From NCBI GenBank assembly GCA_964016885.1, contig OZ024741.1, forward strand, positions 366,110,001 to 366,174,000: 64,000 nt of DNA. The letters are read 5' to 3'. The stretch comes from Eledone cirrhosa (lineage: Eukaryota). The notes under the pieces are model-generated. The model had not been told where the DNA came from and searched no databases. It saw nothing but the letters and a program-made list of their open reading frames with translations. Shown piece after piece: positions 36,939-49,132 of the stretch (position 1 is its first letter; each line of letters opens with the position of its first letter). Position numbers and translations under genes: made by a program.

Positions 36939-38131
36939 GAGAATGTATGTCTGTCTGTCTGTTTGACTCCCTAAAACTCGAGAACCACCTAACAGATTTT
37001 TTTCAAATTTTACACATGTAATACTTATGGTCCTATAAGTGTTTAGAGCAAAAAATATTTTCAATTTTCAATGCCCTAGTGACCGCATTAGGCGCCAGTT
37101 AGCGATCTCTCCCTCTCTTTCTTAATCTGTCTTTTTAGATAGATACATAGCTATAATGTCGCGCCAGTGGATTGGCAGTATCGGTAGAGAGTCGGACGCC
37201 ATGCTTTGCAGCAAAGAGTTACGGCCCTTTATGGTCGGAGTTCAAATCCCGCCGAGGTTGACTTTGCCTTTCGTCCTTACGGGGTCGATAAAATAAAGTA
37301 CCAGTAATACACTTGGATATTGCTGGCCTTGTGCCAAAAGTAGAAACAATTATAATATCTGTCTGTATGTCTGGCTGTCTGCATTACGACATTATGAAAA
37401 CATTCACTTAGCTATCTGTGTGTGCATAGATACATAGATATAACGTTGCGCCCTTATAATATATGTCTGTATGTCTGGCTGTCTGTATTACGACATTATG
37501 ACGCTATATGTGTGTGTGTATATATATAGTATGTGTATATATATAGTGTGTAACGTTTTTCAAAATATTTACTTCTGCGTTACACCGCTTGATTTTTTTA
37601 GTTCCAGAAGATCCCGTTAAGGGTGAAAGTAGCCATTCTTTGCTTAAAATGTAATCTGTTATTTTAATATATATATCTCCTTATAATATATAACCAGCAA
37701 TTTCTATGTCTGTCTGTCCGACAGTGGAAACACGTGCGCGCGTGCGAATGTTTTTTGCGCACGCGTAGAGAGAGAGTGAGAGTGAAAGAGACAGCCTACG
37801 AGAGGGGGATAGCGGGAGGGAGAGAGGGAGAGAGAGAGAGAGTGAATAGACGCTAAAACACGTGCGCGCGTGCGAATGTTTTTTGCGCACGCGTAGAGGG
37901 AGAGTGAGAGTGAAAGAAAGAGACAGACTACAAGAGGGGGATAGCGGGAGGGAGAGAGGGGGGAATTGAGGAGTGCTACAGAAACATATATACATTTCTG
38001 TGTGTGTGTAATATAAATATATATATACACACACAGAAATATATATACACACAGAAATATATATACATTTCTGTGTGTGTAATATATATATATACTAGCA
38101 GAAAACCACACGCTGGGCGGTTTTCTGCTAG
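36931..38131. mobile_element. Helitron-like composite: 5' part of the Helitron family, SINE A insertion (37166-37352, plus), PLE-derivative fragment (37550-37670), tandem repeats and a palindromic CTAG end
   Basis: 5' sequence shared with the elements at 38132 and 41259. ACTAGCAGAAAACC...GGTTTTCTGCTAGT palindrome at 38094-38132. Confidence 0.6.
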
Positions 38132-39537
38132 TCTATATATCTAAAACAGAGAATATGTCTGTCTGCTGTCTGTCTAACTCCCTAAACCTCTAGAACCACC
38201 CAACCGATTGTTTTCAAACTTTACACATGTAATACTTGTGGTCGTGTGAGTGTTTTGAGAAACAACATTTCAAATGTTCAATGCCCTGGGGACCGCATTA
38301 GGCGATTTAGCGATCTCTCTCTACAATTCTTAGTCTTTCTTTTTAGATAGATGCATAGATATAACGTCGCGCCCTTATAATATATGTCTGTATGTCTGTC
38401 TGCATTACGATATTATGAAGCTAAAACTCGAGAAGTACTTGACCGATATTTTTCAAACTTTACACATGCGTTATTCATATTTCTCGAAGTGCAATGGGCT
38501 AAAAAGAAAGTTTAACTTTCCCTGTCCTAGAGCCCCCATTAGGCAAAAAACCGCATTTTAAAGGCATTTTTAGGCCTTTTTAAGGCGTAACTTAAAGATA
38601 ATCCAGCCGATTTCCTCGAAATTTGCAGCACACATTAGTTAGTAACCTCGCATTGCTGTGGACAAAAATATTTGCGATTCCCTTAATGGTTTCTAGGATA
38701 TTTAAGAATTAGCATTGGGCATTACATGCCATTTTCATTTTCAATATAAACGCTACTTAAACATCGTAAGTAGCGTATAATAAAAAATTTGGTTTAATTA
38801 ACAGAGGACACAAGACTTACTTACTTTTAAGCTAGGACCATTTTCGGGGGATTGAGGAAATGAGGAGGACCTTAAATTTTTTGTCGTTGCCCTGTTGACG
38901 CTTCGTGCTTTCATCACGCGCAAATCCGGGCCTTGTGTACGTTGGCGTGTTATTGACGCTGTAAAACTCACGTCTGTGCTACTTCTACTAAGACCCCTTT
39001 TGTTGCACCTACACCGCAGTATGAACTCCCTGCGCAAGTATGCCGAACAGCGGTTGTATTAATTTCGCGGTGACCCCTTTTGTCGCACATTTGTTGCTGT
39101 GTAAACGCAGTGCAACAAGTGCCACCCAGTGTTTGTGCTAATTGCACAAGACCCCCTTCTGCTGCAGCTGCGTTGCCACGCTGATTTCGTCATCTCAATA
39201 TCCCTACTTAAACGTACATCCCTACTTGGTTTTCACACAATTGACTACGTCGCTCCTTCAGACTGAAGTGACATCCGTGACGTAATTCGTGAACTGACTT
39301 ACGACATACATCGCCCCACAACACTTACTCCTTTCGCATACATGATTTCCGCAATCAGCCCACTGACACTGCTACTACTAGATTCGGCCTGCCGGTGTTC
39401 TACGTTGCCAGTAGATGAATAATCATTCCTTGAGAATGAGGGAATTCAAAAAGTACGCAGGTACATTACTCAATCTTTGCATATGCGTGTTGCTATTTCA
39501 CGTTTCCTACCCCGTGCAACGCTGGGTCCTGCTCCTA

Positions 39538-39538
<1 letters not shown>
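38132..39538 (+). mobile_element. Non-autonomous Helitron
   Basis: Starts TC, ends with hairpin CCCGTGCAACGCTGGG then CTAG|T; no target-site duplication. Confidence 0.8.
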
Positions 39539-39582
<44 letters not shown>

Positions 39583-39635
39583 TATGTGTATACGTGTGTA
39601 TATACGTATGTATACACATATCTATACGTATATAC

Positions 39636-39674
<39 letters not shown>

Positions 39675-39854
39675 TGTTTTCAAGAGACCCAGTGGCAGGG
39701 GTAATGAGGATTTTTGGTTTAGGGGAATGGAAAATCAAATTACATTGGTTCCAGTACATGACTGGTATTTTGGTTTATCAACACCGGAATTGCATTAAAC
39801 TCCTGATCTTCGAGCCACTAGTGTATACACACAGACACGCACACACGCAATATA

Positions 39855-39892
<38 letters not shown>

Positions 39893-39894
39893 AA

Positions 39895-39962
<68 letters not shown>

Positions 39963-40008
39963 TATATTTATATATATATACACATATACATATAATTATA
40001 TATGTATT

Positions 40009-40039
<31 letters not shown>

Positions 40040-40812
40040 ATCTTTTGATTCCAGAGTCAGGCCAGATTGATATAGATCGAACCTTGAGCGGATCAATAAG
40101 GAGACGCGCGTCACAAATCGATAAACGTATTGTATGATTATATACATATATATACTGTATATATATAATTTGTGTGAGAGTATGCACCCAAGTATATTAT
40201 ATCTAATGAATCACACTACAGGAAGAAAACATATATAGTAGTAGAATTTGATAAATGGATATTGTTAATTGATTATATTACTTGTGTATCTGTGTGTGTT
40301 TGTGTGTGTGTGTGGGGGGGGGCGGGGTTTGTATATATGTGTTACTGTGTGTTCACGCTCGCTCGCGCTTGCTTCTTAATTCTTCAACTAAAGGTCACAA
40401 CACTGTGATGGATTCACTCAGCATGTTTAATTTCAAATGGATTTATTGCTTTGGTTTCGGTACAAACCTAACGAATCCATTTTATTAGGAAATCTGAAAT
40501 ACCCTAGTCAATATATGTAAGCACAAATATTCTACCTACGCGTTTACATAAGCGTAAGCATGGCTGTGTGTGTGGCTGATGCTCTCAATTCGTAGCCACA
40601 TCTTTCAGGTTTCGCTCCCACAGCGTGAAACCTCGTTGTGAAATATCTGTGTATGGCAGAGATTTGAATTGTATTTTATTTCATCGGAGCCGAATGGATT
40701 AAAGACAGAATCTTGGCATGATTTGAACAGAGTATTAATGCGTTATAGATAAATACTGTAATACATTTTTTTCTGATGTTCTGATGATTATGTCAATCCG
40801 CTTTCCTTACTA

Positions 40813-40965
40813 AATAATTGTTTCTACTATTGGCACAAGGCCAGAAATAACCAGTGCATTACTGGTACTTTACTTTATCGACCCCGTAAGGATGAAGGGC
40901 AAAGTTAACCTCGGTGGGATTTGAACTCAGAACATAAAAGGACATAACTCTATGCTGCGAAGCAT
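40813..40965 (-). mobile_element. SINE family A (5'-truncated)
   Basis: Family A body and tail. Confidence 0.85.
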
Positions 40966-41258
40966 CAAATCTACGACGCTCTCTGGCAAATCTACGATCA
41001 AATACATTCCGCGAATCAATCGATGGTATATACTTGGGATACAGTCAATGATGTATAAGTGTGCAGCAACAGCACCGATCCATATATCGGTGCTCTATCT
41101 TTTAGTGATTTATTGGTTTTAATTGAGCAAAATATAAGCATGTCTTACTTTTGCAGCATTATTCTATTTGAGTGTTTTGATGAAGGAATCGATCTCACAC
41201 TCTTACGTCGTGGGCTGACCACAATAAACACTAAGCCACACGTCTTCACTGGTTCTCA

Positions 41259-41833
41259 TCTATATATATAAAACAGAGGATGTCTGTCTGTGTGTGTGTG
41301 AGTTTGATTCCCTAAAACTAGAGAAGCACCCAACCGACTGTTTTCAAACTTTACACATGTAATACTTATGTTTCAGAGAGTGTTCTTAGTAAAAAAATTT
41401 CAAATTTTCAATGCCCTAGAGACCACATTAGGCGATTTAGCGTTCTCTCTCTATAATTCTTAGTCTTTCTCTTTTTAGAGAGATACATACATATAAAGTC
41501 GCGCCCTTATAATATCTGTCTGCATTATGTCACTTCCTACAATTCGCTCTGCATCCAGAACGCGCCCTTATAATATCTGTCTGTATGTCTGGCTGTCTGC
41601 TGCCTCCGGTTATTCAGCCACCCTTGCTCAAGACAAATCTCACACTCATTCCCCAAACAGTTGGTAAGTACACACAACTTCTTCCTCACCTTTTAAGCCA
41701 CAGTGTTTCTTACTTACGTACCACCAGACCATTACTTCTTTGCCAGCCGTGGTTGTGGCAATACTAAGCTTAGCTAAGGCGGTTATATATTTCACAATAC
41801 CTTATCCCGTGCAACGCCGGGTACCACTGCTAG
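41259..41833 (+). mobile_element. Non-autonomous Helitron
   Basis: A|TC start, subterminal hairpin CCCGTGCAACGCCGGG, CTAG|T end. Confidence 0.85.
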
Positions 41834-42308
41834 TATAGAATATATAATGGTAGAACATACACACAAAAATAAAAGATGCTATACATGGAGTTCTGACATT
41901 TCCATTGGAAACAAATTATTTAAGACTGTTTCATTCACTTGGTCTGCTTGAATGACTGCATTGAGCGTTAGGAAGAGATTATTGGCCAATTATTCTTATG
42001 TAAGCTTACAACTCTGGCTGTGACGATAGCTAGTAAGATGTTTTCAGACTTAGAAACTATATAGAATAACTATGCCGCTTTCTTCCAATATAAAAAAATC
42101 AATAATTTATTTAGGAAATACATTTTAACCATTTATAAATGTATATATTTCAAGTAAGAGCCATAATTAGAAAACCTTCAACTTACATAGAGATTTATCA
42201 AGCACGTTTTATACTGGCAAGATATTAGCGTAGTTATATAATATTTGTATGAATGCATGCATATATGTAAAGATGTATATAAGTATATAGGTATGTATAT
42301 AAGTATAT

Positions 42309-42407
<99 letters not shown>

Positions 42408-42521
42408 CATATGCATATATTTATATACACACATATACATATATTTATATACACACGTATATATGTATATGTGTCAGCATGTGTGTGTATGTATGCATAT
42501 GTGCATATATATATGTATGTT

Positions 42522-42560
<39 letters not shown>

Positions 42561-42561
<1 letters not shown>

Positions 42562-44888
42562 TTTCGTCCTGTATGCGGAGCAAATATAGCTACCAACTAC
42601 AGGATCTCCTACTTCCCCTCAATGGTTATACGCCCCATAATCAAGATGTCCCCAGATGTATGTAACAGTACAGAGGACCTCCTCAGCAGAATCAGTGAGT
42701 GCAACAAGAACAAAAACCTATCCAACTGCATAATAGGCAGTATGGATGTGGTATCACTGTACCCATCCATTAACATTGATTTTGCTGTGGAAAAATGTGT
42801 GGAGATGATCATTGAGAGTGAGGTGGAGTTCTGCGAACTCGACACAGACGAACTGGGCCTCCTACTTAGACTTACCTACGACACTGACTACCTAGACAGC
42901 CAGGACCTTAGACGTTTCTGCCCTAGTAGACCCATAAGGTGTAGACCCCCCACCCCCCACCCCACCACCACCATAACCTCAATGGCAAAAAAGACTCCCA
43001 TGGGAAGGTGGATTGGGTGGACCAAAGCTATACGGACACCCCAAAACAATGATCAGGTAAGAAAAATGGTCACACATGCAATAGGGGCTAGTATCAAAAT
43101 TAACCTAAAGGGCCACATATTCAAACGAGAAGATCTACACCCAAAATGAAGGAGCAGCCATTGGCGTTAGCATAGCTGGTGATGTTGCCAACCTTTTCAT
43201 GGTATGGTGGGAAAGGAGACTCAAATATCTCCTTGATGAGAGCTCCATAGACCTCATCATGTACTCTCGTTACGTAGATGACATCAATATAGTAATAAGA
43301 ACATCCCCACAAGACAGTACTAATAAGTTTGATTTAGAACGTAGCACAATGGAAAGCATCCAGCAGATAGCTAATTGCATACACAAGAGTATAACTGTAA
43401 CTATCGACTACCCTTCCAAACACCCTAACAATAGACTACCTGTATTAGACACAGAACTCTGGATTAACACTAAATACGAGAGAGCCCAAATTCTCCACTC
43501 ACACTATGCTAAACCCATGGCCACCAAATACCTGATACTCAAAAACTCAGCAATTTCCAGTAGTGCTAAGTTTAATATTCTGATCGCAGACTTGGCACGA
43601 GTGATGAAGAACGTGTCCCGCATGTGCGACCCAACAGAAATGGAAAGACACATCCAACACTTCATCAACCGCATGCAGTTCTCTGGCTACAACCAAAGAG
43701 ACAGAATCAGAGTATACGAAGGAGCCACGGAGAAGTATAAGACCCTCATAGAACTGGACATGAAAGGAATTTTCCCATTATACAGGAGCAAATCATGGAA
43801 TAGCTTAGACAGGACTAGACATAAGATAGGGAAAGCCACCTCATGGTACGACAACCAGAGATACCAGAGTGTCATGTTTGTGGATGCTACCCATGGGGGG
43901 AAATTAGCTAACCAGTATAGAAAGGCCCTGAGAAAGAACCACTTAAAGATTAAGGTGGTAGAAAAGCCAGGAACCACCATAAAATCCCTGATCAGCAAAA
44001 CCTACCCTTAAGAAAACCCACTGTACTAATAGGAAACGTATTATATGTAAAGTAAACCCCCGTATAAACTGTAAAACTATAAACGTAGTCTATAGCATAA
44101 GATGTACAGAGGGTACTTTCAGAAACATGACAACAACATACATAGGGGAGACAGCTCGTGGCATAGGTGAAAGGATAGACCAACACTGGGGGGAACTAAA
44201 AGGACGAAAAAACGCTTCAGTACTATACGAACATGCCAGACAAAAACACGACGGTAACATAGACAACATAGAAATTAGAATAATATCTAAACATAGAAAT
44301 GACCCAGATAGGCAAATCAGAGAGGCCAGCGAAAAAGAACTTAGAAGTCCAAGGCTAAACAGAAAAAATGAATGGAATAACAACAATACCCAAACAAATA
44401 ATACTGACCTAAGAGAAGTATAAATAAATAAATAAATACATACACAAGCACAATAACACCAAACACATATAAACACACACTAGTAAACTAAGATAGAATA
44501 CAATAACCAATACACAGTCACCCAAACACGAACACACATCAAACACTATACACACACGGAAACGCATGCGCAGAGAAGACAAAAAAAATTAATAAACAGA
44601 CTAAATAAAGATGGCATAGGTATACAATACAACGGGAGAAAACATAATAGCACCACTGACGATTTTGCAGATGTGCAACGAAAGAACTTTGTTAGACTAT
44701 ATATATGTGTTTGTGTCTATTTTGTAACTGTATTTTTTACCGTTGGTCAGTCAATGGTAACATTGAGGACCGAATAAATTAAATTAACCGATATAAAAGA
44801 CACAGAAGCGAAAACCAACCAAACAGTGAGTGGGTTCTGTTATTAATTCTGGCAATATTATTACACAAATATGACCCTCCCCAAGTAT

Positions 44889-44894
<6 letters not shown>
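42561..44894 (+). mobile_element. PLE family 4, 5'-truncated, frameshifted RT plus GIY-YIG plus pLTR
   Basis: RPVCGA, GSMDVVSLYPSI, YTQNEGAAIG...ANLFMVWW, YSRYVDD, LPVLD, HYAKPM, YIGETAR. Frameshifts near 43125 and 44008. The 3' part is homologous to 23843-24857. (TA)n on both flanks. Confidence 0.92.
44651..44693 (+). ncRNA. Hammerhead-like motif in family 4 pLTR
   Basis: CTGACGA-ttttgca/gatg/tgcaac-GAAA-gaac-TT-tgtt; stem I is imperfect. Confidence 0.55.
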
Positions 44895-44960
<66 letters not shown>

Positions 44961-45009
44961 ATACTTTGGGAGGGTCATGTTGCCAATATATATATACATA
45001 TATATATAT

Positions 45010-45260
45010 ATATTATAAAGAAAACGAAAAATCAGTGATGCATCTGGACTTAGTTTATTTCGTGTTAAAAATGTTTCGCCGGCATGTAACTCGAGTCATG
45101 GTCGTTCTATGGATTTGTAACACGAAATAAACTAAGTCCAGATGCATCACTGATTTTTCGTTTTCTTTATAATATATACGCTCTACTCTGATGAATATCG
45201 AGTGCTAATTTTGACATACCGCCTACGGAAGTACCATAGCTACCACTATACACAAATTTA
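45010..45260. mobile_element. Fold-back element with half-hammerhead and tail
   Basis: About 45010-45067 is the reverse complement of about 45118-45177. The minus strand has gccggcGAAAcat next to the arm. Confidence 0.55.
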
Positions 45261-45581
45261 TATATATATATATATATATGGTTCATTAAGTACACATGCG
45301 CTTTGCTCCTGTAAAAACATGGTCTGTTTCAATCTTTTCTCACCACCGTTTATTTTCTGTCTTCTATGCCACATTCTATCTTCCAATGAATGATTAACGT
45401 CCGAAATGTTAAGACCCGTTTCCTACTATATCAAGTGTTGAACTAATATACTCCATCATTGTACTGTATTGATACCATGCGCTGTTTTTGCTTGACCATT
45501 CGCATACACACACAAACACACACAGACATAAACATATATATATATATTGTTTTTCCTTGTCTTTTCATTAACACATACACA

Positions 45582-45634
<53 letters not shown>

Positions 45635-45639
<5 letters not shown>

Positions 45640-46176
45640 GTTTCTACTTTTGGCACAAGGCCAGCAATTAATCCAGGGTATTACTGGTACTTTATTTTAT
45701 CGATCCCGTAAGGATGAAAAGCAAAGTTAACCTCGGCGGGATTTGAACTCAATCCGTAAAGGGACGTAACTGTGCTGTAAAGCATGGCGTCCGACCCTCT
45801 ACCGATACTGCCAATACCCCAATAATAATAATTGTTTCTACTTTTACAAAATGATTGTATAAAACTTTCCGAAGAAAGAATTAAATATTATTAATAATAA
45901 TTGTTTCTACGTTTGGCACAAGGCCGGCAATTACCCAGTACATTACTGGTACTTTATTTCATCGACCCCGTAAGGATGAAAGGCAAAGTTAACCTCGCCG
46001 GGATTAGAACTCAGATCATTAAGGCACGTAACTCTGTGCTACAAAGCATGGCGTCCGACGTTTTACCGATACTGCCAATCCACCGCCCTCATATAATGAT
46101 AATTGTTTCTACTTTTTAGCACAAGGCCAGAAGTTATCCCAGTGTATTACTGGTACTTTATTTTATCGACCCCGTA
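45635..46176 (-). mobile_element. Cluster of three SINE family A copies (45635-45815, 45898-46088, partial 46100-46176)
   Basis: Family A sequence, each copy abutting ATAAT or (TAA)n. Confidence 0.85.
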
Positions 46177-46194
46177 CCTATATAACCTATATAA

Positions 46195-46199
46195 TGATG

Positions 46200-46256
<57 letters not shown>
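46195..46256. repeat. (TAA)n microsatellite (others at 46843-46877, 49110-49132, 52333-52391)
   Basis: Direct reading of the sequence. Confidence 0.95.
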
Positions 46257-46257
<1 letters not shown>

Positions 46258-46843
46258 GCCCTGACTCACTATAAGGGCTGGAGACATGATGTGATGGGCA
46301 GGGTGATCCACTGGCACCTATGCAAAGTAAACAATTTACCACATTCTGAGAAGTGGTATGAGCATAAGCCAGAGGCGGTGATAGAAAACGATCAGGTGAA
46401 GGTGCTGTGGGATTTTAGGATACAGACGGACAAGAAACTGGAACACAATAGACCTGACCTGGTCGTTTTGAACAAAGAAAAAAGATTGTGCCTGATTGTG
46501 GATGTGGCCTGCCCATTCGACACGAGAGTGCAAGAGAAGGAGAGGGAGAAAATTAACCGATACCAGGATTTAAAGTGGGAGGTAAAAATGATTTGGAACT
46601 GCCATGAAGTCAAAGTGATCCCGATTGTCATAGGCGCACTGGGGACTATCTCCAAAGGTTTCCAGGGATGGTTAAAGAAAATCGGCCCCTTCACGCTTTT
46701 TGGAACGCTTCAAAAGGCATGCTTGCTTGGAACAGCAAGAACCCTCCGATACGTCCTGAATATCTGAGGCTGCAGGTAGTGGCTTGATATTCAATCCAAC
46801 GGACTTTCCAGTTAACCAACATCAATGACTGAGATTCAAGGAA
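46257..46843 (+). mobile_element. R4/Dong-like LINE, short 3' copy (restriction-like endonuclease domain)
   Basis: LWDFRIQTD...HNRPDLVV...IVDVACPFD...EKINRYQDL...IGALG; near-identical to 48529-49110; (TAA)n flanks. Confidence 0.9.
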
Positions 46844-46877
46844 TAACAATAACAATAATAATAATAATAATAATAAT

Positions 46878-49110
46878 AGGGGCAGGCAAAAAAACTAACC
46901 AACTGGAAATCACCAGGCCCAGATGGTGTGCAGGGGTATTGGATTAAAAATTTAACATCTCTCCACCGGAAACTGACGGCCATGTTCAATGACTGTTTGG
47001 TGTCGGGTGAGGTGCCAGAGTGGTTGACAAAAGGTACCACAGTTCTGATAATGAAAGACCGAATCAAGGGTAATGATGTTACCAACTATAGACCTATCAA
47101 ATGTCTGTCCGTAATGTGGAAACTGTTGACGAGCATTGTGTCTGAGGAAATCTACCATCACCTCCACACAAACAACTTGTTACCGGACGAACAGAAAGGA
47201 TGCCGAAAGAAGTCACGTGGTACAAAGGACCAGTTACTTATTGATAAGATGGTAATGGGGAATTGCAGGAGAAGACACACTGATCTTGCCATGGGATGGA
47301 TAGACTACAGAAAGGCATTTGACATGGTGCCACACTCTTGGATCACCAAAAGCCTGGAGATCTTCAAGGTGGCAGATAACATCAGACAGTTGCTGGGCAG
47401 GAGTATGGGGTCCTGGGAGACATAGTTGACATCAACTGGAGAATCCTTGGGAAGCGTGAAGATCAAGAGAGGTATCTTCCAGGGAGATAGCCTGTCCCCT
47501 CTGTTGTTTGTCCTTGCCCTGATGCCCTTGACCATTATGCTTCGAAAAGTGAGAGCAGGATACAAGTTGGAAAAGGGAGAGCTTACCATCAATCACCTCC
47601 TCTTCATGGACGATCTTAAGCTCTTCGGGAAGAGTGAGAAGGAGTTGGATGTGCTTGTTGACACTCCGTATTTTCAGCAGTAATATATGTATGCAGTTTT
47701 GTATTAGTAAGTGTGGAGTCATTGTGATGAGGAGGGGTAGGTTGAGCAGAAGTAACGGAATCCAGATACCAACAGGTGAGATGATAAAGGAAATTGACTC
47801 TGAGGAAGGATACAAGTATTTGGGCGTTCTGGAGGCTGATGGCATAAAGAACAAAAAAATGAAGGAATTGTTAAGAACTGAATACATTCGGAGAGTAAGG
47901 AGCGTATTGAAGTCACATCTGAACAGCAGAAATGCCATAAGCGCAGTAAATTCCCGAGCTGTGTCTATTATTAGGTACAGTGCGGGAATTCTGAGATGGA
48001 ATGTTGCTGAACAAAAAGAAATGGATAGGAAGACTAGGAAGCTATTGACTATCTACAACATGTTCCACAAGAGGAGTGATGTCGATAGACTCTACCTAAG
48101 GAGATCTGAGGGTGGAAGAGGTCTTATCAGCATAGAGGACTGTGTTCAGATGGAGAAAAACAACCTATACAAATACGTGACTGATAGTAAGGAGCCAATG
48201 CTCAGAACTGTACTGAAGGAGGGGACAGTAGGCCAGGGGATGTCCAAGGAGGAAATAACATAAAGGAGAAAGAGCAGCCTTCAGGGAAAATCCCTTCATA
48301 GTACCTTCTTTGAGAAAACTGAATTTAGAGATCCACAGACATGGAACTGGTTGAGAAGAGGAGACCTCAAAAAGGCTACAGAAGGAATGTTAATGGCTGC
48401 GCAGGAGCAGGCCCTCAAAACGAAGTGGTTGAAACACCATATTTACAAGGAGGAGGCTAGCCCACTGTGCAGGATCTGTAGAGAGAGGAGACTGTGGCTC
48501 ACATTGTATCCGAGTGTAAACACCTAGCCCAGACTCACTATAAGAGCTGGAGATATGATGTGATGGGCAGGGTGATCCACTGGCACCTGTGCAAAGTGAA
48601 CAATTTACCACATTCTGAGAAGTGGTATGAGCATAAGCCAGAGGCGGTGATAGAAAACGATCAGGTGAAGGTGCTGTGGGATTTTAGGATACAGACGGAC
48701 AAGAAACTGGAACACAATAGACCTGACCTGGTGGTTGTGGACAAAGAAAAAAGAGCGTGTCTGATTGTGGATGTGGCCTGCCCATTCGACACGAGAGTGC
48801 AAGAGAAGGAGAGGGAGGAAATTAACCGATACCAGGACTTAAAGTGGGAGGTAAAAATAATTTGGAACTGCCATGAAGTCAAAGTGATCCCGATTGTCAT
48901 GGGCGCACTGGGGACTATCTCCAAAAGTTTCCAGGGATGGTTAAAGAAAATCGGCCCCTTCACGCTTTTTGGAACGCTTCAAAAGGCATGCTTGCTGAGA
49001 ACAGCAAGAACCCTCCGATACGTCCTGAATATCTGAGGCTGCAGGTAGTGGCTTGATATTCATTACAACGGACTTTCCAGTAAACCAACATCAATGACTG
49101 AGATTCAAAG
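46878..49110 (+). mobile_element. R4/Dong-like non-LTR retrotransposon, 5'-truncated and disrupted (RT, CCHC, restriction-like endonuclease)
   Basis: WKSPGPDG, NYRPI, WIDYRKAFDMVPH, RGIFQGDSLSPLLF, HLLFMDDLKL, CRIC...HIVSEC, RPD...D. Contains stops and frameshifts; (TAA)n on both sides. Confidence 0.92.
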
Positions 49111-49132
49111 AATAATAATAATAATAATAATT

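Noticed and set aside
43100-43200. TGA ending ORF 42622-43149 as a possible selenocysteine codon (some PLEs are reported to be selenoproteins)
   Set aside because: Homology continues in another frame (KIYTQNEGAAIG), so this is a frameshift, not readthrough.
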